A stretch of DNA of 64,000 nucleotides. Source: Pristiophorus japonicus (taxonomy: Eukaryota). The stretch's first letter is position 1. Each line of letters opens with the position of its first letter. Shown one piece after another: positions 13,435 through 26,758 of the stretch. A program made the translations under genes and the position numbers. Location: NCBI RefSeq assembly GCF_044704955.1, contig NW_027254672.1:1-64000 (forward strand), written 5' to 3'. Under the pieces are notes generated by a model, which worked only from the letters and a program-made list of their open reading frames with translations, did not search any database and had not been told where the DNA came from.

Positions 13435-15659
13435 AGAGACACAGAAACATAGAAAATAGGTGCAGGAGTAGGCCATTCGGCCCTTCGAGCCTGCACCACC
13501 ATTCAATAAGGTCATGGCTGATCAATCCCTCAGTACCCCTTTCCTGCTTTCTCTCCATACCCCTTAATCCCTTTAGCCGTAAAGGCCATATCTAACTCCC
13601 TCTTGAATATATCCAATGAACTGGCATCAACAACTCTCTGCGGCAGGGAATTCCACAGGTTAACAACTCTGAGTGAAGAAGTTTGTCCTCATCTCAGTCC
13701 TAATAGGCCTACCCCTTATCCTAAGACTGTGTTCCCTGGTTCTGGACTTCCCCAATATTGGGAACAATCTACCCGCATCTAACCTGTCCCGTCCCGTCAG
13801 AACTTTGTATGTTTCTATGAGATCCCCTCTCATCCTTCTAAACTCCAATGTATAAAGGCCCAGCTGATCCAGTCTCTCCTCATATGTCAGTCCGACCATC
13901 CCGGGAATCAGTCTGGTGAACCTTTGCTGCACTTCCTCAATAGCAAGAACGTCCTTCCTCAGATTAAGAGACCAAAATTGAACACAATATTCCAAGTGAG
14001 GCCTCACCAAGGCGCTGTACAACTGCAGTAAGACCTCCCTGTTCCTATACTCAAATTCCATTGCTATGAAGGCCAACATGCCATTTGCCTTCTTTACCAC
14101 CTGCTGCACCTGGCCAGCTTTCAATGACTGATGAACCATGACACCCAGGTCTCGTTGCACCTCCTCTTTTCCTAATCTGCCACCATTCAGATAATATTCT
14201 GTCTTTGCGTTTTTGCCCCCAAAGTGGATAACCTCACAGTTATCCACATTATACTGCATCTGCCATGCATTTGCTCACTCACCTAACCTGTCCAAGTCAC
14301 CCTGCAGCCTCTTAGCGTCCCCCTCACAGCTCACACCGCCACCCAGTTTAGTGTCATCTGCAAATTTGGAGATATTACACTCAATTCCTTCATCCAAATC
14401 ATTGTTGTATATTGTAACAAGCTGGGGTCCCAGCACTGAGCCCTGCGGCACTCCACGAGTCACTGCCTGCCATTCTGAAAAGGACCCATTTATCCCAACT
14501 CTCTGCTTCCTGTCTGCCAACCAGTTCTCGATCCACATCAGTATATTACCCCCAATACCATGTGCTTTGATTTTACATACCAATCTCTTGTGTGGGACCT
14601 TGTCAAAAGCCTTTTGAAAATCCAAATACACCACATCCACTGATTCTCCCTTGTCCACTCTACTAACTACATCCTCAAAAAATTCCAGAAGATTTGTCAA
14701 GCATGATTTCCCCTTCATAAATCCAAGCTGACTTGGACCGATCCTGTCACTGCTTTCCAAATGCACTGCTATTTCATCCTTAATAATTGATTCCAACATT
14801 TTCCCCACGACTGATGTCAGGCTAACCGGTCTATAATTACCCATTTTCTCTCGCCCTCCATTTTTAAAAAGTGGTGTTACATTAGCTACCCTCCAGTCCA
14901 CAGGAACTTATCCAGAGTTGATAGACTGTTGGAAAATGATTACCAATGCATCCACTATTTCTAGGGCCACTTCCTTAAGTACTCTGGGATGCAGACTATC
15001 TGGCCCCGGGGATTTATCGGCCTTCAATCCCATCAATTTCCCGAACACAATTTCCCACCTAATAAGGATATCCTTCAGTTCCTCCTCTCACTTGACCCTC
15101 GGTCCCCTAGTACTTTTGGAAGGTTATTTGTATCTTCCTTCGTGAAGACTGAACCAAAGTATTTGTTCAATTGGTCTGCCATTTGTTTGTTCCCCATTAT
15201 AAATTCACCTGAATCCGACTGCAAGGGAGCTACGTTTGTCTTCACTAATCTTTTTCACTTCACATATTTATAGAAGCTTTTGCAGTCAGTTTTTATGTTC
15301 CCGGCAAGCTTCTTCTCATACTCTATTTTCTCCCTCTTAATTAAACCCTTTGTCCTCCTCTGCTAAATTCTAAATTTCTCCCAGTCCTCAGGTTTGCTGC
15401 TTTTTCTGGCCAATTTATATGCCTCTTCCTTGGATTTAACACTATCCTTAATTTCCCTTGTTAGCCAGGGTTGAGCCACCTTCCCCATTTTATTCTTACT
15501 CCAGACAGGGATGTACAATTGCTGAAGTTCATCCATGTGATCTTTAAATGTTTGCCATTGCATATCCACTGTCAACCCTTTAAATATCATTTGCAAGTCT
15601 ACTCTAGCCAATTCATGCTTCAAACCATCGAAGTTACCTTTCCTTAAGTTCAGGACCCT
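13435..15659 (-). mobile_element. 5'-truncated CR1 LINE
   Basis: RT ORFs 14275-14901 and 13660-14259; tail at 13435. Confidence 0.93.
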
Positions 15660-15727
15660 GGTTGTAAGTTCAGCAAGAGTGAGTTCTCTCGGAGAAGTGG
15701 GCAGCACTCCCATCTGAGTCGGAAGGC

Positions 15728-18012
15728 TAGAACATAACAAGAAATAGGAGCAGGAGCATGCCATACGGCCCCTCGAGCCTGCTCCGCCATTTAATATGAT
15801 CATGGCTGATCCAATCATGGACTCAGGTCCACTTACCTGCCCGCTCTCCATAACCCTTTATTCCCTTATCAGTTGAGAAACTGTCTCTGTTTTAAATTTA
15901 TTCAATGTCCCAGCTTCCACAGCTCTCTGAGGCAGCGATTTCCACAAATTTACAACCCTCTGAGAAAATAAATTCCTCCTCATCTCAGTTTTAAATTGAC
16001 GGCCCCTTATTCTAAGATTATGCCCCCTAGTTCTAGTCTCACCTATTAGTGGAAACATCCTCTCTGTATCCACATTGTCAAGCCCCCTCATAATCTTATA
16101 CGTTTCGATAAGATCACCTCTCATTCTTCTGAATTCCAATGAGTAGAGACCCAAACTACCCAACCTTTCGTCATAAGTTAACTCCCTCATCTCTGGAATC
16201 AACCTAGTGAACCTTCTCTGAACTACCTCCAAAGCAAGTATATCCTTTCTTAAATATGGAAACCAAAATTTTACGCAATATTCTAGATGTGGCCTCACCA
16301 ATACCCTGCATAACTGTAGCAAGACTTCCCTGCTTTTATACTCCATCCCCTTTGCAATAAAGGCTAAAATTCCATTGGCCTTCCTGATCACTTGCTGTAT
16401 CTGCATACTAACCTTTTGTGTTTCATGCACCAAGACCCCCAGGTCTCGCTGTACTGCAGCACTTTGTAATTTTTCTCCATTTAAATAATAACTTGCTCTT
16501 CGATTTTTTCTGCCAACGTGCATAACCTTACACTTTATACTCCATCTGCCAAATCTTTGCCCACTCACTTAGCCTGTCTATGTCCTTTTGCAAGTTTTTT
16601 GTCCCTCCTCACACGTTGCTTTTCCTCCCATCTTTGTATCATCAGCAAACTTGGCTGCGTTACACTCGGTCCCTTCATCCAAGTCGTTAATGTAGATTGT
16701 AAATAGTTAGGTTCCAGCACTAATCCCCACAGCACCCCACTAGTTATTGATTGCCAACTCGAGAATGAACCATTTATCCCGACTCTGTGTTCTCTGTTAG
16801 TTAGCCAATCACTTTGTTCACAGTAATTGTAGCAGCACTTGTGTGCTGAGAGATTTGCATCGTATTGTCACTTGTGGCAATGAATGCCTGGGTTATCGCT
16901 ATGGCCTTGGTCAAGGTTGGTGTCTCTACAGTCAAATATTTGAGAAGTATGGTTTTGTGGACAATGCCAAGTACGAAAAAGTCTCGGAGTATGTGCTCCA
17001 AATGTCCTTCAAATTTGCAATGCACTTAGCTCGGCGACATAACTTGCCATTTCCTGGCCTTCAGACCTTTTGTAGGTGTAGAACTGGTACCTCGCCATCA
17101 GAACGCCTTCCATCAGGTTAAAATGCTCTCGGACCAGTGTGCACAAATCGTCGTACAATTTCTCCGTGGGTTTCGCTGGAGTGAGCAGATTCTTCATGAG
17201 GCTATACGTTGGTGCCCCACAGACGGTGAGGAGGATTGCCCTTCATTTGGCAGCGCTCTCTTTCCCATCCAGCTCGTTAGCCACGAAGTATTGGTCGAGT
17301 CGCTCCACAAAAGTTTCCCAATCATCTCCCTCCGAAAATGTCTTCAGGATGCCCACTGTTCTCTGCATCTTTGGATTTGTTATCTGTATCTCGTTGCCAG
17401 TTATTGTGTATGGAGAAAGAGTCAGACTGAACACTGTGAGCTCAAAGTAAAGTGTAACCTTAGTCTTTTATTGCAGGTCTCCAGAGTGCCTCTCCAACCT
17501 GTGAAACCTCCTTAAATACCTGTCCTCCCAAGGGATTATGCGATCCCTTGGGACTCCCGGGGATGAGCCCTCTGGTGTCTGTAGAGAGTAAATACAAGTC
17601 CACATATATAACAACTTCCCTTTCATAAATCCATGCTGACTCTGCCTGACTGAATTCTGCTTTTTTAAATGTTCTGCTACTGCTTCTTTAATAATGGAAT
17701 CCAACATTTTCCCAACCACAGATGTCAGGCTAACTAGTCTATAGTTTCCTGCTTTTTTTCTGCCTCCTTTTTTAAATAGGGGTGTTACAATTGCAGTTTT
17801 TCAATCTGCTGGGACCTCCCTAGAATCCAAGGAATTTTGGTAAATTACAACCAATGCATCCACTAATCCACTAATCAGACCCTAGGATGCAAGCCATCAG
17901 GTCCAGGGGATTTCTACACCTTTTGTCCCATTATTTAATGAGTACCGCCTCATTAGTGATTGTGATTGTGTTCCTCCTCCATTATAGCCCCTTGACTATC
18001 CACTGTTGGGAT
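15728..18012 (-). mobile_element. CR1 LINE (second subfamily) interrupted by a Gypsy fragment
   Basis: ORF 15858-16568; RT sequence resumes at 17614. Confidence 0.88.
16811..17613 (-). mobile_element. Truncated Gypsy element: 5' LTR (~17402-17613), PBS, gag start
   Basis: LTR homologous to 24179-24390; PBS TGGCAACGAG; gag FSEGDDWETFVERLDQYFVAN. Confidence 0.85.
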
Positions 18013-18019
18013 ATATTGC

Positions 18020-18835
18020 ACTGTTGGGCTGTGGGTTCAAGTCCCACTCCAGAGACTTGAGCTCATAAATCTAGGCTGGCACTCCACTGCAGTGTTGAGG
18101 GAGTGCTGCAGTGTCAGAAGTGCCGTCTTTCGGGGGAGACATTAATCCGAGGTCCCGTCTGCTCTCGCAGATGGATGTAAAAGATCCCTTGGCACTATTT
18201 CGTAGAAGAGTTCGAAGAAGAAGGGTTATCGCCCGTGTCCTGGGCCGATATTTATTCCTCAATCAACATTTGCCTCGATTTCAAAATTCTCATCCTTGTT
18301 TACAAATTCCTCCATAGCCTCGCCTCTCCCTATCTCTGTAATCTCCTCCAATGCCACAACCGCCGCCCCCCCCTCGAGAATGTCTGTGCTCCTCATATTC
18401 TGCCCTCTTGAGCATCCCTGATTATAATCATTCAACCATCAGTGGCTATGCCTTCAGCTGCCTCGACCCTAAGCTCTGGAATTTCTCCCTAAACCTCTCT
18501 GCTTCTCTTTCCTCCTTTGAGATGCTCCTTAAAACCTACCTCTTTGGCCAAGTTTTTGGTCATCTGCCCCATCTTACGTGGCTCGGTGTCACATTTTTGT
18601 CTTATAACACTCCTGTGAAGTGCCTTGGGACATTTTACTACATTAAAGGCGCTATATAGATACAAGTTGTTGTTGTAAAACAGATTATCTGGTCTTTATC
18701 ACAAAGCTGTTTGTGGGAGCTTGCAATTGGCTGCCGCCTTTCCTACATTACAACAATGACTACACACCAGGCTGTAAAGCGTTTTGGGACGTCCTGAGGT
18801 TGTGAAAGGCACTATAGAAATGCAAGTCATTCTTA
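18020..18835 (+). mobile_element. tRNA-derived Deu-domain SINE (SacSINE1/AmnSINE-like) split by an L2 fragment (18270-18676)
   Basis: B-box GGTTCAAGTCC, Deu-like core (GTAAAAGATCCC.TGGCACTATTTCG; AAAACAGATTATCTGGTC...GTTTGTGGGAGCTTGC) and tail CTGTAAAGCG...AAATGCAAGTC. Family assignment from memory. Confidence 0.7.
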
Positions 18836-18875
18836 CGTTAAGTTATATTTATTTACTTACCAATCACATTCCCAG

Positions 18876-19220
18876 GTGCAGTGGCGGAACTAGTACTGGT
18901 TTAGTCTCCGACAGTCTATAGCGTGAGAGAGCGTCAGACTGTGAGCTTACGCTGCACCATGAAGAAAGACAACGTCAGGCAAGTGGATGTTCACTGGTCC
19001 CAACAGCTCCCTGGTACACACAAGGAGATGATACTTCATTACACAAATAATACATTAAAAAAGTAGCGGGGTTTTGCTGACCATTTTCAGTCTTCCAGGG
19101 ATGTCACCAGTATTAGCTTCATTCTGACCGTCACAGGCGTGCAGCACAGAAACACCGCTGCCTATATCTGCAGTGTGTGGAGCCGTATCGATGGAGCAGG
19201 AACCCAGCTGAATGTCATCG
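18876..19220 (+). pseudogene. VJ-type Ig V-domain exon 1 of receptor gene A (two in-frame stops)
   Basis: Acceptor ttcccag, donor gtatgt, 345 nt, phase 1-1. Translates AVAELVLV*SPTVYSVRERQTVSLRCTMKKDNVRQVDVHWSQQLPGTHKEMILHYTNNTLKK*RGFADHFQSSRDVTSISFILTVTGVQHRNTAAYICSVWSRIDGAGTQLNVI. Has Cys23, Trp41, Y-x-C and the J motif G-x-G-T-x-L-x-V. TAG stops at 18902 and 19064. Confidence 0.9.
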
Positions 19221-19375
19221 GTATGTAAATGTTAGCTATCACTCGCAGGTTCACAGGAACAGACCGCACTGGGACCTGTATCCGACCCACAGCAGGGCAG
19301 GGGGAAAGGATGGATTGTCCAAGATGGGAAGGGTTTTATTTTCACAAAGAAGTTGTTGGTTTAATAGAACAATAA

Positions 19376-19584
19376 TGTTGTGTATGAATAAAGAGTCTGA
19401 CCAGATACTGAGAGCTCAAAGTAAAGTGTGACCGTAGTCTTTTATTACAGGCCTCCAGAGTACCTCCCCAGCCTGTGAGGCCTCCTTAAGTACAGCTGCT
19501 CCCAAGGGCTTGTGGGATCCCTTGGGACTCCAGATGGGCCCTCTAATAATTAAACAAGGTATTTACAGGTTTACATATATAACA
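19376..19584 (-). mobile_element. Solo Gypsy LTR
   Basis: TG...CA, ~210 bp, homologous to 20632-20843. Confidence 0.85.
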
Positions 19585-20189
19585 TAAGAAATTAAAATTC
19601 CAAAGACAGCCAAAGTCAGCTCCTGCCTGAATTCAAAAGCGACCCAACTGAAAGGGTGTGTGTGTTAATGTGGCATTTAAATAGGAGCCAGCAGTGGCTC
19701 CAAATGTGAATCATGTGTTCATCACAAGGGGAAATGCCAGGGTTGGGCTGTCCTGAGGATCTGCTAATGAGGCCAGCAGTTGGCACGTTAACGTTGACTT
19801 TAGCAACTCTGCAGTGGGGAAGGACAAGGCAGCCATGGTTCCCACACTAAATGACTAACCCATGGTCCCTGCCGGAAAGTGTGTGTGTGTGTGGACACTG
19901 GCAGAGGACCAGGATCAGGCTTGGCGACAAGGCCTATAGAGTCAAGAGCCTGACAACACCCAGTGTCTGGGATTAGGTGAATAATGGGGAGAGGTTCTGG
20001 AAAGTGCGGCGCTCGGGATCAGAACTGAAAATGAAGCAAGGCAGCTCCTGCGCAGGTTTCCCGGGAGTCGGGTAATCCGGCAGTGAAAGGGAGGCGGGAG
20101 CGGCCCAATCCACAAGGTAAGTGCATGTTCCAGCACTGCTTCTGGGGCAAGAGGGGCAGGACTGCACCCCCCGCCATCAGCTACATCGA

Positions 20190-20481
20190 TTGTAGTCTCT
20201 CCCCCCCCCCGCCCAATCGTGTCCTCTCTCCCCCCCCTCCCCCGCCCAATGGTGGCCTCTCTCTTTCTGCCCCCCGCCCGATCGTGGCCTCCCTCTCTCT
20301 CTTTCACTCTCCCCCCCCACCCAATCGTGGCCTCTCTCTCTTATCCCCCCATCGATCGCGGCCTCTCTCTCTCTCCCCCACCCAATCGTGGCTTCTCTCA
20401 CTTCCCCACCACTGCCCGATCATGGCCTCTCTCTCTCCCCCACTCGTGGCCTCTCTCTCTCTCTCACACCGCCCAATCATG

Positions 20482-20516
<35 letters not shown>

Positions 20517-20631
20517 CACCCGCCCAATCGTGGCCTCTCTCTCTCTCTCTCTCTCTCACACGCCCGCCCAATCATGGCCTCTCTCTCCCCCACCCGTCCA
20601 ATCGTGGTCTCTCTCTCACTCTCTCTCCCCC
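20190..20631. repeat. ~30-bp CCAATC/CT-rich minisatellite, left part
   Basis: Unit approximately CCCACCCGCCCAATCGTGGC(CT)n; continues at 24391-24870. Confidence 0.9.
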
Positions 20632-23600
20632 TGTTATGAATGAATAAAGAGTCTGACTGGATACTGTGAACTCAAAGTAAAGTGTGACCTTAGACTTTTA
20701 TTGCAGGTGTCCAGAGTGCCTCTCCAGCCTGGGAGGCCTCCTTAAGTACCTGTGCTCCCAAGGGATTGTGGGATCCCTTGAGACTCCAGAGGATGAGCCA
20801 TATGGTGGCTGTACAAGGTATATACAAGGTTACATATATAACAACACTCCCCACAAAGTCAACAGTGTAACTATTTACAAGGTGAGTCGATCTGGGGGCC
20901 TTCTTGCCGTGATTGATCGTCTCGGTACAAATGACGCTGGTATTGGTGAATTATCTGTTGGGCCGTCACTGGGCTACTGTGCAGCTGGCCTTGCTGAGCT
21001 GCCTAGTATGGTGAGTCCTGCTGGGCTGCTGCGGATGATGGGTTCTGCTTCGTGGCCAACCGCGGTGTCGGTTGGCACTGGTGTGTATGTTGGGGGGGGG
21101 TCAAAGAAAGTAGGGTACAAAGTGGGTTGCTCAGTGAATCTGAGTTTGATTTGGTCCAAGTGTTTCCAGTGAATGAGTCCATTTGAAAGTTTGACCCGAA
21201 ACACCCTGCTCTCTTTGGCCACAACAGTGCCAGGAATCTACTTGGGACCTTGTCCATAATTTAATACAAATGTAGGATCATTGATTTCAATTTCGCGTGA
21301 CACATTTGAGCTATCATAATATGTGCTTTGTTGAACAGGAAGAGAGCAGGCGGCTTCATGTAAATCAGGGTGAACTAACAAGAGCCTTGTCTTAAGTGCC
21401 CTTTTCATGAGCAGTTCAGCAGGTGGAATCCCAGTGAGCGAGTGGGGTCTCGGGCGGTAGCTAAGCAGGACTCAGGATAGGCGAGTCTGCAGTGAGCCTT
21501 CAGTTACTCTCTTCAAGCCCTGATTGATAGTTTGCACTGCTCTTTCTGCCTGACCATTGGATGCTGATTTGAACGGGGCAGATGTGACATGTTTGATCCC
21601 GTTGCGGGTCATGAATTCTTTGAATTCGGCACTGGTAAAACATGGCCCATTGTCGCTCACACAGACATTGGGTAGTCCGTGCGTGGCAAACATGGCCCGC
21701 AGGCTTTCAGTGGTGGCAGCGGACGTGCTTGCCAACATTATCTCACATTCAATCCATTTGGAGAACGCATCTACAACCACAAGAAACATTTTACCCAAGA
21801 ACGGGCCTGCATAGTTGACATAGATCCTAGACCACGGTTTGGAGGGCTAAGACCATAAACTTAGTGACGCCTCCCTGGGTGCATTGTTCAACTGCAAGCA
21901 TGTGTTACATCTGTGCATGCAGGACTCTAAGTCCGCATCGATACCGGGCCACCACACATGGGATCTGGATATCACTTTCATCATTGCGATGCCTGGGTGG
22001 ATGCTGTGGAGGTCACTAATGAAGGTATCTCTGCCCTTCTTGGGGACCACTACTCGATTGCCCCACAGAAGGCAGCCTGCCTGTATAGACATTTCATATT
22101 TGTGCTACTGGTACAGCTTTATCTGTTCCTGCATTTCCACTGGGATACTGGACCAGCTCCCGTGCAGCACACAGTTTTTAACTAGGGCAAGTAAGGGTTC
22201 CTGGCTTGTCCAAGTTCTAATCTGTTGGGCTGTGACAGGTGATTGCTCACTCTCAAATGCTTCCATTACCATGACTAAATCTGCGGGTTGTGCCATTTCC
22301 ACCCCCGTGGTGGGCAATGGCAGCCTACTGAGAGCATGGGCAGAGTTTTCTGTGCCTGGTCTGTGGCGGATGGCATCTGTTATAAATGAAGAGACCTTTG
22401 TGTGTGTTAATGCAGGTGAGGCCCTTCGATGATTCCTCCAGCTCCTGCGTCATGTAGGCCAAGGTCAAGTCCAGATTCGTGAACATCTTTCCTCCCACCA
22501 GCCTGGCAAAAAGCCGTCGGACTTTGGTAGTGGGTATTGATTCTGCAGGGAGAAACGATTGATAGTTACTTTGTAATCACCACAGATTCTGACTGTGCTA
22601 TCTCACTTGAGGATTGGAACGATCGGACTGGCCCACTCATTGAATTCGATCAGCAATATGATGCTGCTGGCCTAGCTCGATCTCTACCCTTTTTCTCATC
22701 ATGTACGGTACTGCTCTTCTCTTGTAATGGATGGGTCACACCCCTGGAATTAGATGGATCTGCATTTCTGCTCCTTGGAACTTCCCGATGCTTGGTTTGA
22801 ACAGTGAAGGGAACTTGTTTAAGACCTGGACACACGAAGTGTCGTCAGCGGGCAAGAGCACGCTGAGGACGTCCCAGTTCCAGCGTATCTTTCCCAGCCA
22901 GCTCCTGCCAAGCAGCGTGGGACCATCGCCCGGTACCACCCAGAGTAGTAGCTTGTGCACCGCTCCATCGTAGGAGACTTTTACAGTAACACTGCCGACT
23001 ATGGGAATCATTTCCTTTGTGTAAGGTCTCAGTTTTGTGCGGATTGGAGTCAAGACTGGCCTTGAGGCCTTGCTGCACCATAATTTATCAAAAGTGTTTT
23101 TGCTCATAATGGGCTGGCTCGCACCCGTGTCCAGCTCCATTGACACCGGGAGTTCATTTAGTTCAACCTTCAGCATTATCGGGGGACACTTTGTGCTAAA
23201 TGTGTTCACCCCATATACCTCTGCCTCCTCAGTCTGAGGCTCTGGTTCGTGATGATCTGCCGTGGATCTGTTCATCCTCTGCTACATGGTGGTTTGCAGG
23301 ATTAACAGGATTTGCAACTCGCCTGTACATACATTGGAGGTGTCCCATTGTTCCACAGCCCTTGCAAACGTACCCTTTGAAGCAGCATGAATGGAAATGA
23401 TGCAGCGCCAACAAGTGTCTCAGTGTCCCAGTGTCCCAGTGTCTCTGTGTCCCAGTGTCCCAGTGTCCCAGTGTCCCAGTGTCTCACCCTTGATGATGGA
23501 CTCTGAGACATCTGCGGTCGTGCAGCTGCAGGCATGTGGAGCCTGCCCTGTATGTTGCGATGTGAAAACAACATCACTTTGTTCACAGTACTTGTAGCAG

Positions 23601-24390
23601 CACTTGCGTGCGGAGAGATTTGCTCAGTATTGTCACTGGTGGCAATGAACGCCGGGGCTATTGCTATGGCCTTACTCAAGGTTGGGGTCTACACAGTCAA
23701 AAGTTTGTGAAGTATCATTTCATGGCCAATGCCAAGTATGAAAAAGTCTCTGAGCATGTGCTCCAAATGTCCTTCAAATTCGCAATGTCCTGCAAGGGCG
23801 TCTTAGCTCAGCGATATAACTCACCACTTCCTGGCCTTCAGAACTTTTGTAGGTGTAGAACCGGTACCTCGCCATCAAAACGCTTTCCTTTGGGTTCAGA
23901 TGCTCCCAGCCAAGTGTGCATAAATCATTGTACGATATCTCTCTGGGTTTCGCTGGAGCAAGCAGCTTTTTCATGAGGCCATATGTTGGTGCCCCGCAGA
24001 CGGTGAGGAGAATTGCCCTTCGTTTGGCAGTGTTCGCTTATCCTTCCAGCTCGTTGGCCACGAAGTATTGGTCGAGTCGCTCCTGGAAGACTTCCCAATC
24101 ATTTCCCTCCAAAAATGTCTCCAGGATTGCCACTGTTGTCTGCATCGTTGGGTTTGTCATCTGTATCTCGTCGCCAGTTGTTATGTATGAATAAAGAGTC
24201 TGACTGGAAACTGTGAGCTAAAAGTAAAGTGTGACTTTTGTCTTTTATTGCAGGTCTCCAGAGTGCCTCTCCAGCCTGGGAGGCCTCCTTAAGTACCTGT
24301 ACTCCCAAGGGATTGTGGGATCCCTTGGGACTCCAGGGGATGAGCCCTCTGGTGGCGGTACAAGATATATACAAGGTTACAAATATAACA
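20632..24390 (-). mobile_element. Gypsy LTR retrotransposon with two 212-bp LTRs and an internal RT/RNaseH deletion
   Basis: LTRs at 20632-20843 and 24179-24390. PBS TGGCGACGAG (complementary to the tRNA-Ser(GCU) 3' end) and PPT. Gag CCHC, protease LDTGAS and integrase (VVDAFSKW, SDNGP, SNGQAERAV). CCCC on both flanks. Confidence 0.93.
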
Positions 24391-24870
24391 CCCCACACCC
24401 GCCCAATCATGGCCTCTCTCTCCCCCACCCGCCCAATCGGAGCCTCTCTCTCCCCCACCCGCCCAATCGTAGCCTCTCTCTCTCACTCTCTCCTGCCCGA
24501 CCAATCGTGCCCTCTCTCCCCGTCCACCCACCCAATCTTGGTCTCTCTCTCTCTCTCCCCCCCACCCGCCCAATCATGGCCTCCCTCTCTCTCCCCCAGC
24601 CGCCCAATCGTGGCCTCCCTCTCTCTCCCCCAGCCGCCCAATCGTGGCCTCCCTCTCTCTCCCGCAGCTGCCCAATCATGGCCTCCCTCTCTCTCCCCCA
24701 CCCGCCCAATCATGGCCTCTCTCTCCCCCACCCGCCCATTCATGGCCTCCCTCTCTCCCCCACCTGCCCAATCATGACCTCTTTCTCCCCACCCACACAA
24801 TCGTGGCCTCTCTCTCTCCCCCAGCCACACAATCGTGGCTTCCCTCCCTCTCTCCCCCACTATCAATCTC
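24391..24870. repeat. ~30-bp CCAATC/CT-rich minisatellite, right part
   Basis: Same unit as 20190-20631. Confidence 0.9.
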
Positions 24871-24886
24871 CGATTACATCCTTCCT

Positions 24887-25850
24887 TCCTGAGGGAGTGC
24901 TGCACTATCAGAGGGGCAGTACTGAGGGAGCGCTATACTATCGGAGGGGCAGTACTGAGGGAGTGCTGCACTGTCGGAGGGACAGTACTGAGGGAGCGCT
25001 GCACTGTCGGAGGGGCAGCACTGTGTGAGCGCCGCACTGTCGGAGGGGCAGCACTGAGAGAGCACCGCATTATCGGAGGGGCAGTATTGAGGGAATGCTG
25101 CACTGTCGGAGGGGCAGTACTGAGGGAGCGCCGCACTGTCAGAAGGGCAGTACCGAGGGAGCACCGCACTGTCAGAGGGGCAATACCGAGGGAGCGCTGC
25201 ACTGTCGGAGGGGCAGTTCTGAGGGAGTACGGCACTGTCGGGGGAGCAGCTGAGGGAGAAAGGCACTGTCCGAGGGGCAGTACTGAGAGGCGCTGCATTG
25301 TTGGAAGGGCAGTACTGTGGGAGCGCTACACTGTCGGAGGGGCAGTAGTGAGGGAGCGCTGCACTGTTGGGAGGGCAGTACTGAGGGAGTATGGCACTGT
25401 CAGAGGGGCAATACTGAGGGAACGCTGCACTCTCAGAGGGGAGCTACTGAGGGAGTATGGCACTGAGGGAGGGGCAGTACTGAGGGAGCACTGTACTGTT
25501 GGAAGGGCAGCACTGAGGGAGTGCTACACTGTCGGATGGGCAGTACTGAGAGAGTGCTGCATGGTTGGAGGTGCAGTACTGAGGGAGCGCTGCACTGTCG
25601 GAGGGGCAATACTGAGGGAGTATGGCACTGTCAGAGGGGCAGTACTGAGCGAGTGCTGCAATGTCGGAGGGGCAGTACTGAGCGAGTGCTGCAATGTCGG
25701 AGGGGCAGTACTGAGGGAGTATGGCACTGTTGGAGGGGCAGTACTGAGGGAGTATGGCACTGTTGGAGGGGCAGTACTGAAGGAGTGCTGCACTGTCGGA
25801 GGTGCCGTCTTTCAGATGAACATTAAACTGAGGCCCCGCCTGCCATCTCA
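24887..25850 (+). repeat. 33-bp minisatellite (~27-28 units) expanded from a Deu-SINE segment
   Basis: Unit GCAGTACTGAGGGAGCGCTGCACTGTCGGAGGG. The last unit runs into GCCGTCTTTCAGATG..., as in the SINE at 18088-18135. Confidence 0.88.
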
Positions 25851-26758
25851 GGCCGACTTAATAGAACCTACGGCCACTCCTTATTCCTACATTCCTTGTC
25901 CATTTTTTTTCCTTTCTGTTTCCTTATCTTGTTCTTTCATTGCCCGCCCCCCCACATGATGTGAATTTAAATCCTACACCACAGCACTGGTTCCTCTTCC
26001 AGCGAGGAAGAGGATTGTAAATTCAATGCGCCAATTGATAGGCCACAAATGTTACCTGCCAAATGTCAACCCAAGCCTAGATGTAGTCCAGGGTCTGCTG
26101 TGGAAATCACAAGTGAACAGCCCCATTTCTGACATTATGATGGAGGGAAATTCATTGATGAAGCAGCTGCAGATGGTTGGGACAAAGGAACGAAGCATAA
26201 TGTCCCAGGGCTGAAATGATTGTCCTCTGACAACCAAAACATCTTCCTGTGTGTTAGGTATGGCCTCAGCTACAGGCCATTTACCTAATTTTGTTGAGGC
26301 TCTTTGGTGCCATACAGATTGGAAAGCTGCCTTGTGTCCATGTTTGCATCAAGGCTGTTATGACATCTGGAGCTGAATGGCTGAAGTGGAAACTCAACGG
26401 AAAGAGAGGTGGCTATTAATGAGTAGGTGTCGCTTGATGGCACTACAGATGAATCCTTCTATCACTACTGATTGGAAGGAGACTGTCCAGTACAGTAACC
26501 GCTAGGCTAATGGTTATGGGACTGGACTAGCAACCCGTCATGAGTTCAAATCTCCCAATGGTGCCAATAGTTCAATACAAGCTCTGCATTAAAAGGTTTC
26601 TCTTCTCATGAATTAGTAATTAACTAACTCTACGAGTTAATTATTGGAATTGATTTTGCTGAACAATGCAATATTGTGCTTTGCATTTAAGCACGTAGGA
26701 CACCTCCCCATCTGCCGATGGTCTTCAAGCTATTTCTATCTTTCCTTTCCCCTTAAAG

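Noticed and set aside
20083-20647. Pro/Ser- or Arg/Glu-rich ORFs (also 24231-25028)
   Set aside because: Low-complexity minisatellite translations.
24835-25959. 374-aa Cys/Gly repeat ORF
   Set aside because: Translation of the SINE-derived 33-bp minisatellite, with no gene structure. It is not a CRISPR array either, as there are no unique spacers.
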